Under the pieces are notes generated by a model that had not been told where the DNA came from, made no database searches, and saw nothing but the letters and a program-made list of their open reading frames with translations. DNA of 61,616 nucleotides, counting the filler, from Choristocarpus tenellus KU-1152 (Eukaryota > Protista > Phaeophyceae): NCBI GenBank assembly GCA_964200185.2. It is 11 parts of 11 records of this genome, joined end to end, with 100 filler letters (N's around TTAATTAATTAA, not from the genome) between each part and the next. Parts side by side here need not be neighbours in the genome. Positions count along the whole stretch, not along the records: positions 1 to 7,707 come from CAXNAD020005716.1; positions 7,808 to 15,330 come from CAXNAD020006023.1; 9 more parts are not named here. One strand, written 5' to 3'. Positions 1-13,138 of the stretch are shown here, one piece after another; position 1 is the first letter of the stretch, and each line of letters starts with the position of its first letter. A program made the translations under genes and the position numbers.

Positions 1-1402
1 GTCAAGCCCATCCTCAATGAAAAGCTCCATCCTCAATTTTTGAAATCTGCTGTTCATTGTGCGTAATATAGTGGCAGTAGTGATACATGCCACACGCAGA
101 CATGCAATTCTAAAAGTTAAACACGCATGGCAAAAAACATTCTTACATGCAACATTGATGGTACTAACAAACACGGCACGCACACAAACACGCACACGTT
201 CTCTGTAACACCAGGAAGTTCAAAAAGAAAATGGTATTATTATAAGAATTAGTGCATTTATTATGAAACCTCAACTTACTTCGGTTGTAGCAAGTCAAAG
301 TAAGCAGCCTCCCTCCTGACCAGTGGGTAACATCTCTCCACCACTTACCCCTAAGTGGAGGCAGTACATATGGCAAGTAGATAGTGCTCGCTCTGTTGTA
401 TGCACTAACCTTTCGCCAAATTGCCGAACCAGATGCACCCTGAAGTATTTTTGCCCATCATCCTGTTCGAGACCATCGTTCACCCAGAGAACAGTGTTCA
501 GTAGTAGGATCCTTGCTGCAACCCCGAGCTCTTCCACCTTGAGGTACACCTTAGGATAAGTACCATCTCCTTGATATTCCCGATGAGGAAATTATGGGGG
601 TGAGTGTTGCTTCATTGCGCTTTCCGCCTGTCAGGCTTGATGTCAATCCCCAAGCAATTCACCCTCTCAATGTGGAGTTTTTCGCAGTTGGAATCTGACC
701 CTTCCAAAGCAGTCACACTGGAAATTGCACCGTCCACAGTCCAGCTAACTAATAATGCATCAGCCAAGTCGTGACGTAGATTCTGCAGCACAAAAAGGTG
801 TACTTTGTGTTATCTGGAGACACTAATGCATTGAAAAAACAATAATGTCAATGATATAGGGGTACAATTCAACATTTGTAAATGTATGCAATGTATGGGT
901 GTTTACACATCCATTTATTGACTGTAGCAAACGGTTAGAGGTGACAAGGCACATTGAAGTATGGGATACAGGGTTGAAGGAATACAAGCAGAGGGCAGAA
1001 TGTAAAATATGTACTAGAGGCGTGTTTGATATGTATCACCTTGTGATTGTTGAGAGCTTTCAGACCTAAAGTATCTGAGGGGGGGAGGGGATCTACACCA
1101 GGGTGTCCATTTGACCAAAATCAGGAAAAGTGTATGTACATTATCCATCCGACGTATGCAACCAAATCGAACAAAAAACGTAACATGAAAAAATTGACCC
1201 AAAATGGACAGCTGCTACCCCCTCCCAGATACTTTGAGCCTCAACAGAGTGCGGAATCCATAACTGCCGTCTGCAGGGCTGGGGTACGTGTTTAACCTGT
1301 CCAGTGGCACCCCCAATAGTCCTCCAACTCCACACAAACTCTTGCCATGATATCCGTCTGTCTCCTGAATATGCATGGGTGTGTGAACCTCCGTAGATCC
1401 TT
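1..1402 (-). CDS. Multi-exon hypothetical protein (partial; internal exons only)
   Basis: Phase-compatible GT-AG exons 1297-1402, 663-782, 410-549 and 1-46 splice into one open frame: ...RIYGGSHTHAYSGDRRISWQEFVWSWRTIGGATGQ/NLRHDLADALLVSWTVDG...KLHIER/VYLKVEELGVAARILLLNTVLWVNDGLEQDDGQKYFRVHLVRQFGE/RFQKLRMELFIEDGLD. No family recognised; 5' end unresolved. Confidence 0.55.
1063..1240. mobile_element. MITE family A (~180 bp), complete copy
   Basis: Termini GACCTAAAGTATCTGAGGGG ... CCTCCCAGATACTTTGAGCC; 3-bp direct repeat TCA at 1060-1062 and 1241-1243; homologous to many other copies in the window. Confidence 0.85.
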
Positions 1403-4400
1403 CTAATTGATGTAGCGTTCAGTATCAACCACGTTACAAGAAACGCCCGAGGATACAGACTCAGCAGCAACATGAAGGGTTAGGGTAGGAAGGAAATGGA
1501 ATTGATTGTGACTAAGATTTCTCCAAAGTCGTACTGACAGCAGATGATATCTGATGTATTGGTGGGCGTACTACCACCAGTACAACAGTAGGAACTGCTA
1601 TAGAGAGGATACGACTGCATAAGGAAACAGTGCTAGCACCACTGCTTCCTGTGGTTGGAGCTATCATATTGAACACTTCCACTGTCATGAAAGGTATTTA
1701 GTTATATGATGATAAGTACTACCACTACACGGTGCAGAATTTGGCCTTGGGTGCTTATGTACTATATAAGCGATGAGACGATTATTAGTCAATCATGCTG
1801 ATGCAATGAAAGAGAGAGAGGCCTTGAAGAGTGCTCTTCTTGGCAATCGAGGAGTTGACTCTTTATCACCTAACGATGTCGTGAAGTGTGTTATTTTTCT
1901 TTTTGAAGAAAAGAAATGTCGCTGTTTGATTTTTTCGGAATAATGTTGCTGTTGTTGCTGATTGGCAAGAGTTATTTTTTCGATACTCATTGTTAATGAA
2001 AACTACTACCACCGTTACCAACTACGAGTGAATGATGAGAAGCATTTTCCATTCTAGCACTTCTCAGAACGACAAGCATGGAGACAGAAGGAATAAGAGA
2101 AGCAGCACCGATATCAAAGAGCCTGATATAATAGCGTGTTTTGAAACAATAAATACCTCGTGTTATTTACAGTGCCCTACCCACAAGTAAGTGCAAGGAG
2201 GAAAGAAAGTACATGGTACGATGAACACCTCCACCAAACAGACACGAGTAGTAGTAGAAACCCACCCACGAAAACCCTTTCCAAGAGACATGTTGGAGTA
2301 TCAAAAAGATACATATCAGCCAGTCCACATAATCCTAGCCCTAGCCTGAGCTCCGAAGGCATGCATCCCCTAACAAAACACCACAATGCGAGCATGCACA
2401 TCATACATCAATAAGAAGGCTTTATCTACCCAGAAAGCAAGCGCGAGATATGGAAAGATGATCTGTAAGCACAGGCAGGCGCCCGTCCCAGCCCAGGTTA
2501 AGAGAATTTCATAATCGATCGCTGAGTTTTGGTCTGTCAAGGAGATATATGTCCAAAATTAGTGATGGCAGAAGTACTACTATTAGTAGTTCCAAAGTTA
2601 TCCCTATCGTGGAGGTGACGCCTGAAATTGCAAGCCATTCAGTATGTGTACTGGTGTGGCGACATAAATACATACAACAAAAAGGAAGGGGTAGATGGGT
2701 GGTTTGATATTCAGGAACATGAGAGGGGGAAGAATTACGTGAGGATGATGCTGGACGTCTAGATACTATCCTACTCATCACTGCAACATTGAGAGGAGAA
2801 TAAAACAAATGCTAACATACATTTAGAGCGATCCATGAGAGACACTCTGCAAGGTATCAAACTCCATCAAGGCGTTTCTTATAATCTTGGCTGCACATTT
2901 TCCGAAGAGAACTATCCTTGCCTGCCTCAACCCTGCCAGAACGTGGCCAATACATAGGTTGTTTGTGTGGCAACAATAGTTTGTTCAACTACATGCTATG
3001 GAGCAATTGTCATCATTATCATACTTCAATGCTAGTAGCATATTGTTATCATTGGCTTCACATTGAAGCAATTATCTTCTTAATAGGTGATGAAAATAAA
3101 CCTTGTACAAAAAATTAATTCGTGCCATGTCCATTACAAGACCAACCTTTACAGATTCCACAATATAATCATTTTGTGTTGAGACTACCATCTCCTTACC
3201 ACCTTCTGTTCATTTTATAATAGAAAGTATCACCCCACAAATAACATTAGTTCCTTTGATGGCCCCATCTTGTTATCTGTCTGACTCAAAAGACCAATAA
3301 AAATACTACTTCAGAGGAAGATCAGTACCCACAAAACGAGTATCCTTGCTATGATGTTCCTTGGAATACAACACATTTGGCGAGGTGCCCACTCTGCTGC
3401 TCGGTATTTACGATATATTCGGAATGAGGCCTGTTTATGCTCATCAACCATCCCAAACGCACAGCCAAACACTTGATAGATGGTAAACAGCACCATGTAC
3501 TTGGAATACAATAAGGTCAGTTGTACTGGTCCTATATAGAGCTAGCTCTAGTACAACTCAAGAAGAACGAATATACAACTACCGCTCTTCCTATATATTG
3601 AAAATAGGGAACTATAAAACGGAAAATCAACTATCGGTATGTCCAGCAGGTAGAGCATGCACTGGGGTTACACAAACCATAGATTATTGGTGTTTCGATT
3701 AATTGTGTCAGATGATTGTATACTGGATGTACCTGAAATGACATCATAAAATATAAACTCATGATACTATGTACGTTCCATGCCACAAGGTCAAGGTATG
3801 TCATGATAAATGCCAACACTTATTCTCAACATGAAAAAAAATACACAGTGTTGACACATATGATTCCCAAGGCTCCGGCTGTCTTGCAGCAGATCAAGGT
3901 GCAGATACTGGTATGAGTCTAATGCTGTAGTGCCAAGTCCAAGTCTACAATGCCTTGTCAAGAATCTTATCTCAGACACAGTGAAAACTCAACTTGGGTC
4001 TGAGTTCCGCTTGGGTCACAGATGAAGAGTTTGGTTTGTGCATCCGGACCTGTACTCCACTTTTCAACCCACAACTAAGAAAAAAACACCCCTTTAAAAA
4101 ATACCGTGTTCCAGGTTGCTTCTTTAGGTTGGTACTCCTAAACTAACAAGTCCAGTTCAGGTAGGTGCAAAAAGAGACTAGCCACTGCTCTACAACGGAC
4201 AGATATGGTGGAATGAGGTGATAAAAACATTCTGCAATAAACAATAATGCACCTAGTCCAATAATCTGCTGACTATCCCCAAAAGACTCTTGTGTTGATG
4301 CATTCCAATGTGCAGTCAAAACTGAAACAATTGAGCAAATTTCAATGATCTCTTTGGTCCTCCACTCCAAACTAAGGAAATTTTAGAAGTTGGCTTTACT

Positions 4401-4637
4401 CAGCAACAGTGCCTAGCTGATAATGAGTTGAGCTGCAGCAGAGATAGTACAACGAGATGTTCAATTGTCAGCGACAATTCTCTTTTAACCACAGGTAAGC
4501 AACAATTTGCACCACAAGGGACTCCTTCCCTGGTAGGGTGTTTTACCCCCTTCCATTGGCGCTCAACACATCATCGTCACCCTCAGCAACCTCAACCATT
4601 GGAAGAGTAGGCACATGTCAATGGTCGCCTGACTTGA

Positions 4638-6235
4638 TCACTTCACATTATTAAGGTTTTCCATAAGGTGCTCGATATCCTCCAGACGCATAGACACATG
4701 GGCACGGCGGAAAGCATCCATGTAATCCGCAGCGGCCACAGGGGCATTGGTGGGGGGTCGTGGGGCCAGAGCAGGGTCGGAAAGGAGATTGTGCAGCACC
4801 TGATCTCACAGAAGAAAAGAAATGCAATGTATTGAAGGAATGTTCAAACAAAAAAAAGGTATTACTAGAAAGTATATCACCAAATTCTAACCACCTTAAC
4901 ATTGACTGGTAAAAATATATACATGGACTGGCACACTGAATCCCCCCCTTCTAGTACAGAGCCTACGAGGCTATTGACAAGATAAATAGGTCTTAAATGG
5001 AAGACTGTTTTTTCACAGGGTTCTTGGGTAATTTACAGTATATACTCCAGAGTAGAAAATTTGCGTTGCCATTTGCCGCTGGCACCTTCCTTAAACTATT
5101 GAAACCTTGCAATCACCCCACCTCATATGCCCAAAGCGTCACAGCAAACTGGGGACTGCTTCGGAAGACTCTCATCCCTGCTCCCTTAAAAAAAGCCGTT
5201 GGTCCTTCTTTCTTGAGGATGTCGGCAGCACAGTCACCTATACCACTGTACACTTTTTCCCCATCTCGTGCCACCACCTGTATGTACACAAAACAAGAGC
5301 CCAAGCACCAGCATCATCCCATTATAGCCCAAAGGTCTACAAATGGACATCAAAAACATTCGGACCAAGATTGTGGGATCACTATCTCTCCCCTTTCCAA
5401 CATTGCTAATTGTATCAAGTATCAAAGAAGCCTGTCAATGATGTCCACATTTGTGTATCCAAAATACATCTAAATCTGAACAACTTGGCGATTAATCCTG
5501 ATAACCAGAGCAGCCGATATGTTATGGGTGAGTTGGACGATAGAGTAGTTTACATGGCCAAGAATATCAATTACAAAGAGCTGGAATAAGAACATCTTAC
5601 TTTTTAAAAGATACTCTTAAATAAAAGTAGAAGCTATCAATACAAGCTCTACATAGCCTTACACCCATTACGGTTGAAACTTGCTTGCCATCACCAAAAT
5701 CATAAACACGTTTTTATCTGTGTTCACACAATGCAGTAAGACATACGGACATCCTAAGTGATTCTTCAAAACATCTACGGCACACCTCATCTACACCATC
5801 AACACTCATGTACTAGCAGTGCTCACTCAATAATTTTTTTAAATTCAAAGTTAGCGAGAGGTACCCAGTTTTTGGTCGTTTTCGCATTTCAAGTCAGTTT
5901 TTCAATCATTTCAATATACTTTGTGCATTTGCAAAAAAATAGACGAATTTTGCACTTGTTTGTCAGCATCCTTAATATGCAACTCTGGGTACTTCTCATT
6001 TACTTTTGACTCACAATGCGGTAAACAAGAGGATGAGTGAAGGAGGTATAATGTGACCACTACAATTGGTGCTCTGTGCCTACCTCCAATCTCAAACCTT
6101 ACCTACTAAAACCCTAACCCTAACCCTAACACCCTGCTTCTTACCTGCAACCGTGTCTTAATGACATCTGCAGGGGTGGTGAGAGAAGCTGCAGGCACCC
6201 CGGCTATCGCTCCAGCCAGTAGCAGGTGGTGCACC
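4638..6235 (-). CDS. Mitochondrial carrier (SLC25), aspartate/glutamate carrier aralar/AGC1-like; last three exons
   Basis: Exon 6145-6235 gives [30 protein letters not shown] (PxDxxKxR carrier signature). Exon 5122-5277 gives [16 protein letters not shown]...[24 protein letters not shown]. Exon 4638-4799 gives VLHNLLSDP...NNVK*. All GT-AG and in phase. RVFRSSPQF plus a C-terminal tail are typical of the aralar/citrin/AGC1 subfamily. Confidence 0.9.
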
Positions 6236-6732
6236 CTACAGGAGTATATTGCATATGGTAAGAGCCCACATGTACTGATCCAATCATTCAGATACTACTT
6301 GTCACAACAGAACAATCTCAACCTGGACTACCAAGACTATCGACACAAACGTTTGGTGGCTAATTTGTTCAACCCTAACACAAGAATAGGTGCCTATTTT
6401 GACCTCATCTCCTTGAAGTAAAAGGAAATGTCGATCAGTGTGATATTAATGACAGAGGTGTTTCCTAGCATGTACATATTGTACTTACCTCAACTACTCA
6501 AGGGTCAGGAGCACAAGCTGCGGCAGACATTTGGAGTGAAATACACAGGTTAAGCGTATCAAAAGACATCTTCATACCTCGCAGTACAATGCTTGGTCTT
6601 TGCTAGTACTAGTTGGTATTCAGTTGGTAAACCTTGCAGGAGAGATAGCAGTACTGTTGAAAGGGTTGCCAGTTCAACAGCGGTTGCACCCTATTAATGG
6701 AGCACTTCGAAATATATTTGTTACTCGCGAAA

Positions 6733-6995
6733 AACCAAAACCATTTAAGAGGGTAGGGCCGCATCCATTCAGGGTCACAAATCCGATGTTGTGATTTTGA
6801 TCAATTTTGGCTATCATATTTGTTAGCAAGTGACAATATTCTTGCTCCAGACACACCTTACATAGCCGTGTATATGTTAGGGTTAGGGTTAGTGTGCACA
6901 CGGAGAAACGAAAAAGGGCAAAAAACCCAGCGGGAAAACAAGCCCCAAATGGACAAACAGGGAAAAAACTCTTGCCCTCTTAAATGCTTTGGGTC
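6733..6995. mobile_element. MITE family B, variant B2 (~260 bp)
   Basis: Ends CATTTAAGAGGG ... CCCTCTTAAATGCTTTGGGTC; colinear with 26889-27146; shares internal segments with family B. Confidence 0.75.
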
Positions 6996-7707
6996 AAGTA
7001 CAATGAGTAAGTACCAAAATCTGAACCAATAGACACAAAGCCAAAAGGAGAAAAATAAAAGCCATCCAAAAAACATTTCAACCATAAACTCCAATGTCAA
7101 AAACAAAAAGAGAAAATAATAAAATTGTCAGGGAAAGGTCCCATCCGCAACCATAATGTCGAGATGGACCGCATGCAGCCATGTTTGATACAGATCCGCA
7201 GAAAAAACTTGTTCCTATTCAGACTGTTGGAGAGGATGAGATGGAGGTGAGGTACATAACCAACTCAGGTGATACAAAACATTTCGGTGAGGTAAGAGCC
7301 AAAGGAAACGAGTGGTAACCGTTTTTGACCGTTTTGCATTGTAAGCCAGTTCTTCAATTTTGAGCAATTCACCCACATTCCTGTGGTTGAAGTGGTAAGT
7401 TTGACTTAAGAGGGCTTTATTTCTCAATTGTTTGAAGCATTTCGACATAATTTGCAAAATATCCTATACACATCTGCAAAATATGTCGAATGTTGCACAC
7501 ATTTTCCCACGATCTTAAAATGCAACTCCGGGTACCTCTCGCTTACTCTGGCTCTAAAGTTGACGAGACCAGAGAGTCATTTCTGTCTTGATCAATTACA
7601 TCCCTTCATAAATGCAGAGTAAGGGGTACATGGGGACTTTGCTGTGCTGAGGATCATGATGCCAATCCAGCCACCCACTGTTTGACCCAAAGTATCTGGG
7701 GGGGTGG

Positions 7708-7807
7708 NNNNNNNNNNNNNNNNNNNNNNNNNNNNNNNNNNNNNNNNNNNNTTAATTAATTAANNNNNNNNNNNNNNNNNNNNNNNNNNNNNNNNNNNNN
7801 NNNNNNN
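7708..7807. other. Artificial contig linker
   Basis: N44-TTAATTAATTAA-N44 (stops in all six frames). Confidence 0.98.
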
Positions 7808-7894
7808 ATTCGGTCTCCTACCTAATGCGAAACAATACCCCATATGCCCAATCGTCCCCCCCCCCCCCTCCCCATTGTCACCACTTGTCCATAG

Positions 7895-10800
7895 CACTGT
7901 TGTGAAGCGTCCTCTCAAGGAGGAGGAGGCGCGTTTTTATGCAACTGAGATTATTGCAGCGTTGGAGTGGATACACCTGCATGGGTTTGTGTACAGGTGT
8001 GATACTACTTCGGCTGTACTATTGTCAGAATTGCTTTTTTACGTAAATCAAGCCCAACTCACACACACTGAGAACGCCGACTGTACAGTGTGAGCACAAC
8101 CACTGCATCACTGTGGTCAGAATGGTCTGTTGCCATTCCTAATCCTTTGATTTTGTTGTGCACTTTGTCACTGGGCTGTGCATGTCCTGGGAGTAAACTG
8201 CAAGTCTACTGGAGTATGCCTGGTACTTTGAATACTGCCTTTGGACTGTAATTAACTGCTTTCGTCTTATATTTCAGCCAGTCGTGGAGAGAGTGGGGTG
8301 GATTATTCTTGCCTGGGTCATGGGTAGCACAGTGAATGGATGAATGAGAAAAGTCATGGTCTTTCATACCTGATGACATACACTGAGTATTTTGAAGTAA
8401 GAATATTTCTGCTCTACTTTTTCCCCCCTACTCCCCTCCCCACTTCGTTTGTTCTCCTCTCACTCTACCATGTCTGGCTACTGCATGGTGGGTTGTGCAG
8501 GGATCTGAAGCCAGAGAATGTTCTCATCCACGAGGTAAGGTATCCCAGGCATGTTGGTGTGTGCCCTTGTGTGTCGACCCACTCAATACTGCAATGATGA
8601 ATCTTCTTAGTCAGAGGGTACGTGCTATTGTGCTCAATTGGGAAGAATGATGAGAATATCAAGTAGAGAGGGGAGAGGGGTGTTTGTGAAGCAAGAGTTA
8701 GGTGTAGGCCTTTGCCAGTTGATCGCTGATGTTGATGTTCCTCAAGGCCAGGGCAAAGGAGGGGGAGGTCGTCTAACATGGAAGGTGTTTTGAGTATGTT
8801 GTATGTGTTGAAGAACTCAATGTTCTAAAGGTACAGTAATGTTTTGTGGTTGTGCTGTATGACAAAAGAGGGCCAGTGTTAAGAGACTGCCTTTAATTGT
8901 TCTCTCTTCGTGTATGCATGTAGCTCTGTGTTGTGGTCATGCCCTGGGGAGCAAGTGTAGATGGCAAGAGAGTGATATCATCTATTAGGGAGGTGGTGTT
9001 GATGTTCCTAAGGGCCCCTTTGACTGCCTTGTTGTATGCATATTTTTTTGAAATGTGGAGAGACCTTTCGGCTAACTGTGTGTTTACAGGTGATCTTCTT
9101 CTATAGGCACATACTTTTAAGGGGGGTTAACTGCTTTACAGGCATGGGCATAGTGTATATTGCACAAGGTTCATAAAGTCCTTCATCTCTGATGGGTCGA
9201 AATTGACCCCCTCTTACATGGTTTTGCACATAGGTGTGCTGGGAGTTACTAGTTTCAGGTATGATTGGCATTTTTGTAGGTGGAAGGTTCAGGGTCTCCT
9301 TCTTGTGTGACCTATCAAAGAGATCAGGCAAGGCATTGCATATACGTCTGCCACAATACATCCACATGCATGTGGGTAGGAAGGTGTGGGGATAAACTAC
9401 CTTACAAGCCCTCCATCCCCCCTACCCATCCTCTTAATTCTCTGTGATAATACCGGTTGGACCCTCGAAGAGTGGGCATATCCGCCTTGGGGACTTTGGA
9501 ACAGCGGAGCGAGGGATGTGAGTGATGCCAAATAGCCCTGTACTACGTATTTCACACCACACACACCTTATCCCTGCCATCCCAAAGTGAGGTGGCCATC
9601 CATACTTCACCAGAAGTTTCCAATACTCTAAACCAGAATAGGCACTGCCCGAGGCGAGTTGTTTATCTTCCTTTAAAGAGTGAAGGACAGGTATTCATGC
9701 CTACTGTACCAAGTGAACCATCCCTAGTTGATTGTTTCCCAACTCAACCATGAACTTTCACCACCCCTCCAGTCTTCTAGATGCAGTTACGGCCCCGTCA
9801 GATAGCAAACAGATCTTCGAAGAAGCCAAGGGCCTTTTGGAGGGCGAGGAAGGTGATTCCTCTGACAATGAAGACCCAGCAGTAGAGAGTGGGAGTGGGT
9901 ATATGGAAGGGCAACCAAAAGGGATAGGAGGTGTATCCATGGGCAATGTCAAAAAGGTGCTGGAGGAGAAGGATGGATGGGGAGAGACTGTTGATGAATG
10001 CAACGAGGATATGGAAGAGGAGGATGAGGAAGTGGAGCAGTTTGACCTTCGTCAAGCCAACAGCATCCATGTGGAGCCAGACCCCTATTTTGCTATTCTT
10101 TCTGGGCATGCCTTGGGGGAGGTTTCCTCTGTTGGAGGTGGTACGGACCCTGTGATGACAGATGGAGATATTCAAGGGAGGACAGAGGTTGGGATGTGGG
10201 GTGCTGAGGCAAGGGGCAGTGGTGCTGGGAAAGGGACTGGATCTGGGGGAGGGGGGGAGGTTTCTTGTTGCTGTGGGGAAGGGAACAAGCGGCGATGGAC
10301 AAAATCAGATAAAAACAGGCAAGCAAAGGCCAGAGGAGCAGGGTTGGGGAGTGGAACGGTGACTGGGGCAGGGGCCCAGACTAGGACAGGAAGTGGAGTT
10401 GACACTGGGGGGAGAACAGTTGAGGGGACTGGAGGGGGCAGTGCTGGATCAAACGAGAACGGAGATTGGTAAGGGGGGTGGAGGTATAGGGTGTATGTGT
10501 GCATTTTCTGCATATGAGCTTTTCCCTTCTTGCAGTGGGACTGTTTCGAGGTGATGTGTGTTTGTTAAGGGTGTCTTGGATGGATTCATACCTTGAAGGT
10601 CGGTTCATTATGGTACAATGGGATTGGTGTATAGATGGTTTTGTATACATCCAGTGCGTTAGGTTTTGTGGTTGAATGAGGGTGTAGGGTGTTGGCAAAT
10701 GTCGATTACGCACTTTGTGCTTGGGAAACCTCTTGGTGATGTACTTTAAGCCTGCCAGGTGATACGCAGTACTCCTCCTGAGCCTTGTGCATGCATAACA

Positions 10801-13095
10801 AACAGATTTGAGGTTTCTTCTTGTAGGTGTGCATCCAGTTGATTGGCTTGGAAGTAGTAAGGCTGTTAAGCGGTGGAGGGTTTGCTTGATGGCACACACA
10901 TACCCCCCTGAATGCCTACTTTTATTTCATGTGTTTTTAGTGATAAGGCCTATAACTTGCTGCATGCCTTTTAATATCTATTTGAGGGGAAGCCTTATTG
11001 CACTCCTGGCAAGGCACCACGTTCATGTTGTGGGCTTATGGGGTGCTCTAAACATGAAGCTTTTTACAAGTGTATGCCAGATTCCGGTCAAAACTGTTGT
11101 CTCCTTGAATATCATTGTTTATGGTTGGAGCCTATGTGCAATTTGCACCCAGTTTTTTTTGCTCTGGTAGCCTTGGAGTCAATCAGTCTATCAACATCAT
11201 TGAGTTGACTGACACCACAGCTACCTACCTGCCCTACTTGTTGCAGGGCAGCACAGCTGGGTGGGGTGGAAGAGACTGTTGTCATGCTTGTCAGATGTGG
11301 GTTGTGAAGTCTGTGTTTGTTAGAGGATAGTTGTTATGCTGTTGAGCCTCGTCTATTTTGGGGGGTGGGGAATGTTTGAGTAGAATGTATTTTGTGTTGA
11401 TTACTGCTATACTTGTAGGGTTGAGGTAGATCTCGAATATAACATCCCTATTTTGAAACATACACAAATACACCCATGCTTTTGCCATGACTGGATTATG
11501 TTTCCCACCTGGGTTTCTTTTGTTCTCAGGCACCCATCGTATGGAGCATTTTGTAAGGGCCGGGGAAGCGTGAAGTTAAACGTGTTGCTTGACAGCAACA
11601 CCTTCATCGGCACAGGTTGGCCTAGCTCTCCACGATTCCTTCCACATTCAAAGGCCCTTGAATTTGTAATATTTTCACAGTCTTTTGTTACAAGTAGAAC
11701 TTGGATGCACTCCAATTTTGCTAATGTGTAAGATAGCTTTGTTGTTAGAACTCAGGCGCATTGACTGGGGTTGTGAGTTTTGGAGATTAGACTGCCATGG
11801 TAGTTCACTTGCATCAAAGATGATTGGCATTACTAGTGAGGATTTAATATTTCTATTGTTCATTTTTGTGTGTGTATGTATGCTGTGTGCTCTGCTAGCA
11901 TTTCCCCGCAACCCTCAGCGCTGGGCATGCCTTCCATGTTGGGCTGCATGCCCGTTATGATTCTGGTAGTCAAGCGCATGCAAATGTATTGGAGCCAATG
12001 CAATTTAAAATGGCCAAACCATTTGATTTTGAAACATTATTATGAATGATGTTGAGAAATGAAGGAGGATAGATGCGAGGTTATCCATTTAATCTTTTGG
12101 AGTATGTTAGACGTATCTTGAAAAAAACGATTTTATCAAGAAAGTGAGTGGCCTTGATTAGTACTGCAGAGATCAACCAGCTTATTTTATCTGGACTACT
12201 GTGTGTCTGTAGTTGCAGGTCACAGTTACAGGCCTCGATTATTTATTTTTGGGGGGGGGGCAGAATTTGGCCTTGTATGACTATTAGCTTGCGATTTTTT
12301 GGGAGGGTTTAAATATATCCTGGTTTTCCTGTTTGGATTGTGATACCTAAATGTACCAGAGGTGGACTGTAGCATCAGAGTATCTGGGGGTGGTGGCGGC
12401 TGTCCATTTTGGGTCAATTTTTTCGTGTCGCAATTTTTGGGTGATTTGGTTGCATCTAATGGATAATGTAAGTTCACTTTCCTGGTTTTGGCCCAAATGG
12501 ACACCCTGGTGCAGACCGTCCCGTCCCCCCGTCCCCCCAGATACTTTGGTTCTGTAGAACCATGATTGTTGCGATAGCTTTCCACAAGGCACTTTACTGT
12601 TGGTGCCAGTGTTTCTCTTTTGAGAGTTTGGAAAAGTAAGGGGACAGTTTTTTTGGTTCAAGTATAGGGGAGTGTCTATCAACAGTCGAAAATATGACTT
12701 GACTGGTTAGGTTCATCTCTCGAGATCTAAGTTGAGGTTAGCGTAGTAAAATGACTTTATTGACCCATTGCCACTTACATTGTATTAGGAGTTCGTTGGG
12801 AATGGGTAGTGACAGACGTTCATTGATCTCTCACCTCGTGTACACTCAAACCATCTGATGAGTCTCCCTCAGATTCCTAACAATGGTAGCCTTCTGTGAG
12901 GTCTATCGAGGTACATACAGAGTGATTCTGATTGTGCTTTCAATTCTTCCGTTATGCCGGGGTCACCTTGTGAGACCTGCGACCCGTACAAGGTATTGTT
13001 GGTAAAAAACCTCCAAAAGTAGTTTGAACGCGTTTGTGTAGTCTTTTCTGTATTACCCACTGTAGTTTTAATATTACAATATACAATCGTGCCTT

Positions 13096-13138
<43 letters not shown>

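Noticed and set aside
2420-3520. Possible plus-strand exons between the hypothetical gene and the carrier gene
   Set aside because: Some splice-like sites and coding-like stretches, but I could not build a stop-free, phase-consistent model.
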